This document shows positions 55,635 to 64,000 of a DNA stretch of 64,000 nucleotides, piece after piece (position 1 is the stretch's first letter; each line of letters opens with the position of its first letter). Under the pieces are notes generated by a model, which searched no databases, was not told the DNA's origin, and saw nothing but the letters and a program-made list of their open reading frames with translations. A program made the translations under genes and the position numbers. The stretch lies in the NCBI GenBank assembly GCA_963842525.1, contig CAWJGT010000003.1:1920001-1984000 (forward strand), in the 5' to 3' direction. This DNA is from an uncultured Holophagales bacterium (GTDB lineage: Bacteria; Acidobacteriota; Thermoanaerobaculia; Multivoradales; UBA5704).

Positions 55635-57377
55635 ATGCCGGCGACTGAGCAACGGAACCTGCCGACGATGACGGCGGAGCTCGACGACGAGGAGCAGAAG
55701 AGTCAAGAGGACTATCAGAAGCTCCTCGAGCTGTACGACGAGAGCATGCGCAATCTCACCGAGGGTGAGATCGTGCCGGGACGGATCATCGGGGTCACGT
55801 CCAATTCCGTCATTGTCGACGTGGGTTACAAGTCGGAGGGGCTCATCCCCGTCGACGAATTCAGGGACCGCGACGGCAATGTCCAGGTCCATGAGGGGGA
55901 CGAGATCGACGTCCTCCTGGAGAAGACCGAGGATCTCGAGGGGCATGTGCTCCTCTCCTACACCAAGGCCCAGCGCCTGCGCCGCTGGACCGAGGTGGAG
56001 AAAGCCTACAAGGACGGCCGGATCATCAAGGGCCGCGTCACCGACCGGATCAAGGGCGGCCTCACCGTCGACGTCGGGCTGCGGGCTTTCCTGCCCGGCT
56101 CGCTCGTCGACATCAAGCCGGTCAAGAACCTGGAGTCGCTGCGCGGCCAGGAGCTGGAGTTCAAGGTCATCAGCCTCGACCGCCGGCGCAACAACATCGT
56201 CCTGTCGCGTAAGGCCGTGCTCGAGACCGAGCTGGCCCGCAAGAAGGAGGAGACCCTCAAGCGGCTGGAGGAGGGTGCCCGCCTCAAGGGGATCGTCAAG
56301 AACATCACCGACTATGGTGTGTTCATCGACCTCGGCGGCATCGACGGTCTGCTCCACATCACCGACATCTCCTGGGGCCGCGTCAGCCACCCCTCGGAGC
56401 ACTTCACGGTCGGCGACGAGGTCGAGGTGGCCGTGCTCAAGTTCGACCCCGAAACCGAGCGCGTCTCGCTCGGCTACAAGCAGAAGAGCGACGATCCCTG
56501 GACTCTGGTCGACAAGAAGTACCCGATCGGCTCGCGCGTCCATGGCCGGGTGGTCTCCCTGGTCGACTACGGCGCCTTCGTCGAGATCGAGGAAGGGGTC
56601 GAGGGCCTGATCCACGTCAGCGAGATGTCCTGGACCAAGAAGGTCGTCAACCCGGCCAAGGTGCTCGAGGTGGGCGACGAGGTCGAGGCCATCGTCTCCG
56701 AGCTGGACATGGACCAGCGCCGCATCAGCCTGTCGCTGCGGCAGACCGAGCGCAACCCCTGGGAAGAGCTGCAGGACACCCATCCCGTGGGCAGCATCAT
56801 CGAGGGCAAGGTCCGCAACCTGACCGAGTTTGGCGCTTTCGTCGAGATCACCGACGGGATCGACGGCCTCATCCACGTCTCCGACATGAGCTGGACCAAG
56901 CGGGTGAAGCACCCGAGCGAGGTCCTGAAGAAGGGAGACACGGTGCGGGCCCGCATCACCAACATCGATGTCGAGAACCAGCGCGTGTCGCTCTCGATCA
57001 AGGAGTTCATGCCCAACGAGTGGCTGGACTTCGCCGACCAGCACCGGCCCGGGAACGAGCTCACCGGCCGCGTGGTCAACGTGACCGACTTCGGCCTGTT
57101 CGTCGACATCTACAACGGGCTCGAAGGCCTTGCCCACGTCAGCGAGATCGAGGTGCCGCAGGGCGCCAAGCTCGACGACTATTACAAAGTGGGCGACTGG
57201 GTGCGGTGCCGCATCCTGCGCATCGAGGAGGACGAGAAGAAGGTCGGCCTCTCGATGCGCGGCGTATCCCAGCCCTCTGAGGAGGAGATCGCGGAGCTCG
57301 AGGCCGTGGCCCCGGAAGAAGGACAGGGCGGGCGGCATGACGACAAGCAGGAGGACAGCGGAGAAGAAGAAGCATAG
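55635..57377 (+). CDS. rpsA: 30S ribosomal protein S1
   Basis: VDVGYKSEG, AFLPGSLVD, repeated S1 domains (YGAFVE..GLIHVSEMSW); AAGGAGG RBS. Confidence 0.98.
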   Translation: MPATEQRNLPTMTAELDDEEQKSQEDYQKLLELYDESMRNLTEGEIVPGRIIGVTSNSVIVDVGYKSEGLIPVDEFRDRDGNVQVHEGDEIDVLLEKTEDLEGHVLLSYTKAQRLRRWTEVEKAYKDGRIIKGRVTDRIKGGLTVDVGLRAFLPGSLVDIKPVKNLESLRGQELEFKVISLDRRRNNIVLSRKAVLETELARKKEETLKRLEEGARLKGIVKNITDYGVFIDLGGIDGLLHITDISWGRVSHPSEHFTVGDEVEVAVLKFDPETERVSLGYKQKSDDPWTLVDKKYPIGSRVHGRVVSLVDYGAFVEIEEGVEGLIHVSEMSWTKKVVNPAKVLEVGDEVEAIVSELDMDQRRISLSLRQTERNPWEELQDTHPVGSIIEGKVRNLTEFGAFVEITDGIDGLIHVSDMSWTKRVKHPSEVLKKGDTVRARITNIDVENQRVSLSIKEFMPNEWLDFADQHRPGNELTGRVVNVTDFGLFVDIYNGLEGLAHVSEIEVPQGAKLDDYYKVGDWVRCRILRIEEDEKKVGLSMRGVSQPSEEEIAELEAVAPEEGQGGRHDDKQEDSGEEEA

Positions 57378-57500
57378 GCAACGGCCGTTGACCATCAGGG
57401 CGGGCCACGGGCCGGGCTCCAAGACCGTGCCGGCGGCCCGCCTCCGCCATGGAGAAAGGGTCGGGAGATGACGGTGTCTGTGAAGGGCGATACGCCGGGC

Positions 57501-57782
57501 ATGACGAAGGCCGAGCTGGTGGAGGAGGTTGCCCGCACCACCCAGCTCACCAAGAAACACGCGGAGATCATCGTCAATACGGTCTTCGACAGCATCGTGA
57601 GCTCGCTCAAAGACGGCGAGAAGATCGAGCTGCGGGGATTCGGCAGCTTTCGCATACGCCATCGAGGCGCCCGTACCGGGCGCAACCCCAAGACCGGCGA
57701 CAAGGTCAAGGTTCCGCCCAAGCGGATCCCCTACTTCAAGCCGGGCAAGGAGCTGAGGGAGCTTCTCAACGACGAGTGCTGA
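57501..57782 (+). CDS. ihfB: Integration host factor beta / HU-family DNA-binding protein
   Basis: MTKAELVEEV, IELRGFGSF, GRNPKTG, YFKPGKELRE; follows rpsA. Confidence 0.88.
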   Translation: MTKAELVEEVARTTQLTKKHAEIIVNTVFDSIVSSLKDGEKIELRGFGSFRIRHRGARTGRNPKTGDKVKVPPKRIPYFKPGKELRELLNDEC

Positions 57783-57825
57783 GCGGGGGCCTCCCCCGCT
57801 CGCTCTCCATGTCCGACGGCCTCGG

Positions 57826-58318
57826 ATGGAAGTCCTCTTTACCCCCTGGAGGCATGCGTACATCGTTCGGAGCGCGCAGGATTCCGACTGTTTCTTCTGT
57901 TCCGCCGCCCGCGAGCCGGAGGATCCGGACCGGCTGGTGGTCCATGTGGCGCGCCACCACCTGATCATGCTGAACCTCCACCCCTATTCGAGCGGCCATC
58001 TGATGGTGGCGCCGCTGGAGCACTGGAGCTCGCCGCAGGAGAGCAGCGCCGAGGCCCTGGCCGAGTTCTGGCCGCTGGTGCTCAAGACCCAGCAGGTGCT
58101 CGCCGAGACTTACCGCCCCGACGGGTTCAACCTGGGGATGAACCTCGGGCGTTCGGCGGGTGCGGGAGTGCCGGGGCATTTCCACTTCCACCTGGTCCCA
58201 CGGTGGGCCGGGGACACGAACTTCATGACCGTTCTCGCCGACGTGCGCCTCGCCTCCGAGGGCCTGCAACAGACGCGCGAACGCCTGCGGGAAGCTCTTC
58301 GCCCGCGAGGAGGACTGA
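57826..58318 (+). CDS. HIT-family hydrolase (probable indel just before the stop)
   Basis: PWR..Y, CFFC, N..PY..GHLMV.P, GFNLGMNLG..AGAG, HFHFHLVPRW.GD.NF. Confidence 0.9.
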
Positions 58319-58741
58319 TTGGTCGAACCCGCCAGCCCCCCTTCCGCTCCGCCTCCCGCCGCTCCGGCCGCCCCCGCCGGCAACTCGATCCTGGCGGCGA
58401 TCCTGGCGTGGCTGATCCCCGGCTTGGGGCACATCTATCTGAAGAGGTGGAAGCGCGGGCTGGCGTTCTTCCTCCTGGTCATGGTTTCCATCGTCACGGG
58501 TTGCGCTCTGGACGGGAACCTCTACCGGATCCTTCCCAACCAGCCGTTGACGATCCTCGCCACGGCCGGCGCCATGGGCATGGGCCTTCCTTATATCGTG
58601 CTCCGCTGGGGCCTGGGCTATACCGGCGATATCCTCTCGCCCGGTTTCGAGTACGGCACCGCTTTCCTGTTGACGGCGGGGCTGATGAACTGGCTTCTCG
58701 TGCTCGACGCGTGGGACGTCGCCCGCGGCAAGAAGGAGTGA
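58319..58741 (+). CDS. Conserved hypothetical membrane protein
   Basis: LAWLIPGLGH.Y, EYGT.F...AGL.N.L...DA. Confidence 0.8.
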   Translation: MVEPASPPSAPPPAAPAAPAGNSILAAILAWLIPGLGHIYLKRWKRGLAFFLLVMVSIVTGCALDGNLYRILPNQPLTILATAGAMGMGLPYIVLRWGLGYTGDILSPGFEYGTAFLLTAGLMNWLLVLDAWDVARGKKE

Positions 58742-58749
58742 ACCCGCCC

Positions 58750-58953
58750 ATGTCAAGTCGACTCAGCCACTTCTTCCTGATGGTGCTCTACGCCCTGATC
58801 GTGAGCCTGTTCTTCACGCTGCTGTGGCGTCGCGAGCGCAAGGAGCAGGTCAAGCTCTTCCTGCAGCTCTTCCTCGGCATGGTCGGCGGCGGCCTGCTGG
58901 TCGCCTATCTCATGTATCCGTTCCCACAGGGGCCGCCAGCACCCATTCCGTAG
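58750..58953 (+). CDS. Small two-TM membrane protein
   Basis: MSSRLSHFFLMVLYALIVSLFF...LMYPFP; two hydrophobic segments. Confidence 0.75.
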   Translation: MSSRLSHFFLMVLYALIVSLFFTLLWRRERKEQVKLFLQLFLGMVGGGLLVAYLMYPFPQGPPAPIP

Positions 58954-58957
58954 GGAG

Positions 58958-60103
58958 ATGAAGCCTCCGAACAGAGAGATCCTGGTCGTCGCCGGCGAGG
59001 CCTCGGGAGATCTCCATGCCGCGCGGCTGGTGAGCGAGCTGCGCCGCCTGGAGCCCGACCTGGGCTTCTTCGGGCTCGGCGGCGATGAGATGAGCGCCGC
59101 CGGCGTCGAAACCCTGGCGCACAGCGCGGAGATCTCGGTGGTCGGCATCACCGAGGTGCTGCGCATCCTCTCGCGGGCACGGCAGATCTTCGCCGACCTG
59201 CTGCGCGAGGTGGACCGCCGCCGGCCGGCCGCGGCTGTTTTGGTCGACTTCCCGGACTTCAATCTCCGCCTGGCCCGCGAGCTCAAGAAACGCGGCGTGG
59301 CGGTCCTCTACTACATCAGCCCGCAGGTCTGGGCCTGGCGGCGCGGCCGGATCAAGGCCATCGCCCGGCTCGTGGACCGCATGCTCGTGCTCTTCCCGTT
59401 CGAGGTCGACTTCTACCGCCGCCACGGGGTCGACGTGGTCCACGTGGGGCATCCCCTGGTGGACGAGGTCCCGGTGCTGCCGAGCGCCTGGGAACGGGGG
59501 GAGCCTGTGGAAGAGCCGTATCGGCTGACCCTCCTCCCCGGCTCGCGGGTCAGCGAGGTCGAGGCGCTGCTACCGGTGATGCTCGACGCGGTGCGGCAGC
59601 TCGCCGCGGAGCTGCCCATCGAGGTGTGGCTCATCAAGGCCCCGACCATCCCTCGGGAGCTGTTGGAAGAGGCGATCGATCTGGCGGGCCTGCCGGTGCG
59701 CATCGTCTCCGAGGACCGTTTCGCCGCGGTCGCCGATTCCCACCTGGCTCTCTGCGCCTCCGGCACGGCGACCCTGGAGGTGGGCCTGCTGGGCACGCCC
59801 ATCGTCATGCTCTACCGGCTGGGCCGCTGGACCTGGCTCCTGGCCCGGCTGCTGGTGCGCCTCCCGTACGTCAGCCTGGTCAACCTGGTGCTCGGCCGGC
59901 GGGTCATCCCCGAGCTGCTCCAGCGCGCCGCGCACCCGGAGCGGATCGCGGCCGAGGCCGAGTGGATCCTTCTCGACGAGCAGCGCCGGGATGCGATGCG
60001 GGCCGGCCTCGCCGAGCTGCGCGGCCGGCTGGGGGAGGGCGGGGCGAGCCGGCGGGCGGCGCACGAGGTCGCGGCGGTCCTCCGCGCGAGGCCGGCGGCA
60101 TGA
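58958..60103 (+). CDS. lpxB: Lipid-A-disaccharide synthase
   Basis: VAGEASGDLH, DFPDFN, PQVWAWR, VGHPL, LPGSR, SGTATLE. Confidence 0.97.
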   Translation: MKPPNREILVVAGEASGDLHAARLVSELRRLEPDLGFFGLGGDEMSAAGVETLAHSAEISVVGITEVLRILSRARQIFADLLREVDRRRPAAAVLVDFPDFNLRLARELKKRGVAVLYYISPQVWAWRRGRIKAIARLVDRMLVLFPFEVDFYRRHGVDVVHVGHPLVDEVPVLPSAWERGEPVEEPYRLTLLPGSRVSEVEALLPVMLDAVRQLAAELPIEVWLIKAPTIPRELLEEAIDLAGLPVRIVSEDRFAAVADSHLALCASGTATLEVGLLGTPIVMLYRLGRWTWLLARLLVRLPYVSLVNLVLGRRVIPELLQRAAHPERIAAEAEWILLDEQRRDAMRAGLAELRGRLGEGGASRRAAHEVAAVLRARPAA

Positions 60104-62019
60104 CCGGCGGCACGAGCCTGCGCGCCTTTTTCTGGCGCTACCTGCGGCGCTACACCGTCTGGGCGCTGGTCGCCGCCGCCGGCATCCTGGTCTATGCCGC
60201 GGCCACGGCGGGCGCGGTCGCCCTGATCAAGCCGATCTTCGGGGAGGTCCTGCTGGCCGGAGACCACATGCCCGGGCCGCTGGGAGGGATCGCCGCGAAG
60301 CCCGCGGTATCTGCGGCATCCGCGACGTCCGCAGAAGGCCGGGAGCCGGACAAGCCTCCGGGCGCCCTCGCCGATCTCAAGCGGCGCCTCGACGTGGCGT
60401 CGCAGATCGACCGCAGCTACCAGTCGCTCAAGCGCCGGCTGGGTGTCGGACCGAACGAGGTCGTCTACTTCGTGCCCCTGCTCTTCGTCCTCGTCTTCCT
60501 GCTGCGCTGTCTCGCCGACTTCGTCTCCGGCTACGCCTTTCAGCACATCGGCCTGGGGGTGACGACCGACATCCGCAACGACCTCTACTCGCATATCCTC
60601 GGCCAGTCGAGCCGCTTCCACGCCGACCACCCGTCGGGCGAGCTGGTGGCGCGCGTCATCAACGACGTGGCGCTGATGCAGAACGCCGTCTCCAACCGCC
60701 TGCTCGACTTGTTCCAGCAATCGGTGACCCTGGTCGTCCTGCTCGGGCTCCTGCTGTCCACCCATTTCCGGCTGGCGGCGGTCGCGCTGATCGTGGCGCC
60801 GGTGCTGGTCTATCCCATCGTTCGCTTCGGCAAGGGGATGCGCCGCACCAGCCACCGCAGCCAGGAGCGGATGTCCGACTTGGCGAGCCTGATGGCCGAG
60901 GGGATCCGCGGCCATCGGGTGGTCAAGGCCTTCGGCATGGAGGGATTCGAATTCGGCCGCTTCCGCGAGGCCACGCGGCGCCATCTGCGGGTGAACCTCT
61001 GGGCGCAGATGCTCGCGCACGCCTCCGGCCCGGTCATCGAGGCGCTGGCGGTGCTCGGCGGCGCCGGGCTGTTGATCTACGCCGGCAAGAGCATCCGGTC
61101 CGGGAGCCTCTCGGCGCCGGAGCTGATCCAGTTCCTGACCACCCTGCTGATGATGTACGACCCGATCCGCAAGCTGAACAAGGTCAACCTCATCCTGCAG
61201 GAGGCCATGGCCGCGGGCCAGCGGGTGTCGCGGCTGATCGCGACGCCCAACGACATCCAGGAGCGGCCCGGCGCGCGGACGATCGACACGGTGCGGGAGG
61301 AGATCGCCTACGAGCGCGTCTCCTTCGCCTACGAGGACCGGCCCGTCCTGCGCAATCTTGACCTCCGGATCCGGGCCGGCGAGATCGTCGCCCTGGTCGG
61401 ACCCTCGGGCGCCGGCAAGTCGACGCTGGTCAACCTCCTGCCGCGCTTCTTCGACCCGGACGCCGGCCGGCTCACCATCGACGGGACCGACAGCCGGGAC
61501 CTGACGATCGTGAGCCTGCGGTCGCTCATCGGCATCGTCACGCAGGACACCGTGCTGTTCAACGACACGATCCGCAACAACATCGCCTACGGCCGCTCGG
61601 ACCTGCCGCTCGAACGGGTGCGGGAGGCGGCCGCGGCGGCCTATGCGGACGAGTTCATCATGCAGCTCCCCCGCGGTTACGAGACGGTGATCGGCGAGTC
61701 CGGGGTGCGCCTGTCCGGCGGCCAGCGGCAGCGGCTGGCGATCGCCCGCGCGCTGTTCAAGAACGCGCCGATCCTGATCCTCGACGAGGCCACCTCGCAC
61801 CTGGACAGCCAGTCCGAGGCGCTCGTCCAGAAGGCCCTCTACAACCTGATGCAGGGGCGCACGACGCTGGTCATCGCCCACCGCCTGTCGACGATCACGC
61901 GGGCGGACCGCATCATCGTGTTGGAGGCGGGCCGGATCGTCGAAGCAGGATCGCACCAGGACCTCATCGCGCTCGGCGGGTCGTACAAACGCCTCTACGA
62001 TCTCCAGTTCCGGGTATGA
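60100..62019 (+). CDS. msbA: MsbA-like lipid ABC exporter (fused TMD-NBD)
   Basis: GPSGAGKST, LSGGQRQR, ILDEATS; coupled to lpxB. Confidence 0.88.
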   Translation: MTGGTSLRAFFWRYLRRYTVWALVAAAGILVYAAATAGAVALIKPIFGEVLLAGDHMPGPLGGIAAKPAVSAASATSAEGREPDKPPGALADLKRRLDVASQIDRSYQSLKRRLGVGPNEVVYFVPLLFVLVFLLRCLADFVSGYAFQHIGLGVTTDIRNDLYSHILGQSSRFHADHPSGELVARVINDVALMQNAVSNRLLDLFQQSVTLVVLLGLLLSTHFRLAAVALIVAPVLVYPIVRFGKGMRRTSHRSQERMSDLASLMAEGIRGHRVVKAFGMEGFEFGRFREATRRHLRVNLWAQMLAHASGPVIEALAVLGGAGLLIYAGKSIRSGSLSAPELIQFLTTLLMMYDPIRKLNKVNLILQEAMAAGQRVSRLIATPNDIQERPGARTIDTVREEIAYERVSFAYEDRPVLRNLDLRIRAGEIVALVGPSGAGKSTLVNLLPRFFDPDAGRLTIDGTDSRDLTIVSLRSLIGIVTQDTVLFNDTIRNNIAYGRSDLPLERVREAAAAAYADEFIMQLPRGYETVIGESGVRLSGGQRQRLAIARALFKNAPILILDEATSHLDSQSEALVQKALYNLMQGRTTLVIAHRLSTITRADRIIVLEAGRIVEAGSHQDLIALGGSYKRLYDLQFRV

Positions 62020-62657
62020 CGCCTGGCGAGGCCGCGCTGTCGTGGACCGCGGCCGGGCTCATCCGGGCCCTGCGCGCGGCCGTCCGGCTGCGGCACCATG
62101 GCGATGATCATCTGCGCGGCTGGGAGGCCCGCGGCGAGCGCTTCCTGCTCGCCTTCTGGCACCGGCACCTGCTGCTCATGCCCTATTCCTACCGGGGACG
62201 GCGCATCTCGGTGCTGGTCAGCCGCAGCCGGGACGGCGAGATGATCGCGCGCACGGTCGCCCGGTTCGGCATCGACGCGAGCCGCGGCTCGAGCAGCCGG
62301 GGGGGCGTGGCCGGCATGCGCGAGCTGCTGCGCAAGGCCCGCGATGGATACGACCTGGCCTTCACCCCGGACGGGCCGCGCGGTCCGGCCGGGGTGGTCC
62401 AGCCGGGCGTGATCCTGGCCGCGGCGGCAACCGGGTTCCCCATCCAGCCCGTCGCCCTCGCCGCCACCCGCTGCCACCGCCTCCGCTCCTGGGACCGCTT
62501 CGTCGTCCCTCTCCCGCTGTCGACGGTGCACTTCGTCTATGGAGAGCCGCTCATCGTCGAAAGGAAAGCCGACACCGCGGAGGCGGCGGCGGAGCTGAAG
62601 CGCCGGCTGGATGAGGCCGAGGCGGAGGCGGAGAGGTGGGCGGAGCGAGGGGCCTGA
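62016..62657 (+). CDS. DUF374 lysophospholipid acyltransferase-family protein
   Basis: AFWH, SRSRDGE, RGSSSRGG, TPDGPRGP, SWDRF..P.P. Confidence 0.9.
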   Translation: MTPGEAALSWTAAGLIRALRAAVRLRHHGDDHLRGWEARGERFLLAFWHRHLLLMPYSYRGRRISVLVSRSRDGEMIARTVARFGIDASRGSSSRGGVAGMRELLRKARDGYDLAFTPDGPRGPAGVVQPGVILAAAATGFPIQPVALAATRCHRLRSWDRFVVPLPLSTVHFVYGEPLIVERKADTAEAAAELKRRLDEAEAEAERWAERGA

Positions 62658-62692
62658 TACGATGAGCGAGAGAAACCCCGAAGGGAGGCTGT

Positions 62693-62958
62693 ATGGAAGT
62701 CATGCTCCAAGTTCCCGATGACATCGTCCAGAGGCTCCAGGCAGGCTGGACGGATCTCCCGCGTCATGCCCTTGAAGCTCTGGCGGTGCAGGCATATCGG
62801 TCGGAGATTCTGACGTCCTCCGAGGTCCAGCGCATGCTCGGCCTCGGTTCGCGCTGGGAAGTGGATGAGTCTCACTGAAGGCTTCGGGCGCCTACCTGGA
62901 CTACTCCGAAGAGGATCTGCGGCAGGATCTCGCGGCGGTCCGCAGACGGCAGTTTTGA
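62693..62958 (+). pseudogene. UPF0175-family antitoxin-like protein, frameshifted near 62870, no partner toxin
   Basis: ALEALAV.AYR...LT..EV.RMLG..SRWEVD then shifted LK..GAYLDY.EEDL.QD. Confidence 0.75.
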
Positions 62959-63120
62959 CGCGGATTAGCGACCGTCGTATCATAAGATGAGAGGGTGCCC
63001 GTGGCGGAGTGGCCAGCAGATGCGAAGGGATAGGCACGCCGACGGGGGTATTCGAATTCTGGGTTAGATTAGGCGTGCACGAAGCAGCACGAGACTTCGC
63101 TACGCCCAAGGAGAGTACAC

Positions 63121-63552
63121 ATGGTTGACTTCGCGCACACGTCCCCCGATATCTACGACGACCGTGACAGGGGAGCCAGTGAACTTGCGGCGTACGATCT
63201 TGGGCTTGCTGGTGATTACGAACGCCACGGACTGCTCATAGTCGAGACAGGAGAGAGTTGCCGTCCCCAGGGAACGCTTGTCCTAAGCAGCGTGGCGAAA
63301 TGCCATGGCTGCCAACAAGAAGTTCCATTCGATGTGGAGGTGTGGCTCACTGTTTCTGGGGGAGGTGGTGGCTCTGAGTGCCAATGTACCGGATGCGGAT
63401 CGCGAATCTCGATCATGCAATCGTATGGGACTCCCCCGGATGAGAGCTGGCGCGGAATGCTGTTGATGGCATCGCCGATTACCGAACTAATGGGTCGGCC
63501 CCTATCACCACTTCGCCTTTTCTATCGGAGCCACACAATCATCAATGCGTGA
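63121..63552 (+). CDS. Hypothetical protein with two CxxC pairs
   Basis: AAGGAG RBS; CHGC and CQCTGC; lower-GC sequence. Confidence 0.55.
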   Translation: MVDFAHTSPDIYDDRDRGASELAAYDLGLAGDYERHGLLIVETGESCRPQGTLVLSSVAKCHGCQQEVPFDVEVWLTVSGGGGGSECQCTGCGSRISIMQSYGTPPDESWRGMLLMASPITELMGRPLSPLRLFYRSHTIINA

Positions 63553-63555
63553 CCG

Positions 63556-63858
63556 TTAAGCGGCTCCCTGGCGGGCAGTGGAAAAGACAATGTCGATGTG
63601 GATTCCAGCGCGAGCAAGCATGTCGATCAGGGTATCGATACTAAAGAGATCTATCCTACCGCGAACAAGGTTGCTGATCCGCGGCTGCGTAACTCCAAAC
63701 AGCTTAGCCGCCTCCGCCTGGGTGAGGCTACGATCCTCTATGAGCTTACGCACTGCAATCATCAAACTCGAGCGGACTCGAAGGTGCTCAGCCTCATCCT
63801 CGCCGAAGCCAAGATCCCTGAATACATTCCCGCTCGAAGGCGTGATCTTCGTTCCCAT
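63556..63858 (-). CDS. HigA-like XRE antitoxin
   Basis: SSGNVFRDLGF, LTQAEAAKLFGVTQPRISNL..G....FSID.L. Confidence 0.92.
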   Translation of the reverse strand: MGTKITPSSGNVFRDLGFGEDEAEHLRVRSSLMIAVRKLIEDRSLTQAEAAKLFGVTQPRISNLVRGRIDLFSIDTLIDMLARAGIHIDIVFSTARQGAA

Positions 63859-63865
63859 GGTTTAT

Positions 63866-64000
63866 CTAACTCCGATGCGGCCGACTCGTGCTCTGGCGAT
63901 CTCTCAAGACTTCCCGATACCGCTCCCGCGCGAGCTCGATGTCTCGATGGGCAGTCTGCCGCGTTCTCTTCTCAAAGGCGTGCAAAACGTATACTCCTTC
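63866..64000 (-). CDS. RelE/HigB-family toxin, C-terminal part (truncated by window edge)
   Basis: Minus strand reads VYVLHAFEKRTRQTAHRDIELARERY, upstream of the XRE gene. Confidence 0.88.
   Translation of the reverse strand, partial: EGVYVLHAFEKRTRQTAHRDIELARERYREVLRDRQSTSRPHRS

Noticed and set aside
57826-58953. HIT-membrane protein fusion
   Set aside because: Middle section is an off-frame overlap of 58319-58741; better explained by one indel near 58300 and separate genes

Overview
High-GC bacterial chromosome segment; gene content and order suggest Acidobacteriota (inference only). The housekeeping backbone is uvrB (3' end), uvrC, rnpB, recG, scpA-scpB-rluB-cmk, leucine dehydrogenase, bcp, queG, rpsA-IHF/HU-HIT-lpxB-msbA-DUF374 plus glycosylation genes. 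It is interrupted by many small accessory insertions: about six toxin-antitoxin pairs, three orphan antitoxins, a Septu-like ATPase/HNH pair, and a lower-GC three-gene island (DUF1156-like DNA methyltransferase convergent with a ParB/Srx protein and a PD-(D/E)XK-like nuclease). Main observations: (1) at three loci (pfpI, uvrC, cmk) the layout is intact host gene, then TA/defence cargo, then a diverged direct copy of part of the same gene, with no integrase or transposase in the window; (2) the ParB-nuclease-methyltransferase island is a candidate undescribed restriction-modification-like system; (3) an array of about 16 GATC-rich, partly palindromic ~20-bp units lies upstream of the Septu-like genes; (4) a REP/MITE-like repeat family supplies candidate start codons and sits in frame inside rluB; (5) a site-2 protease homologue has RExxR instead of HExxH. 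Several frameshifts, including in housekeeping genes, suggest consensus indel errors. All assignments come from reading motifs by eye; no database searches were run.
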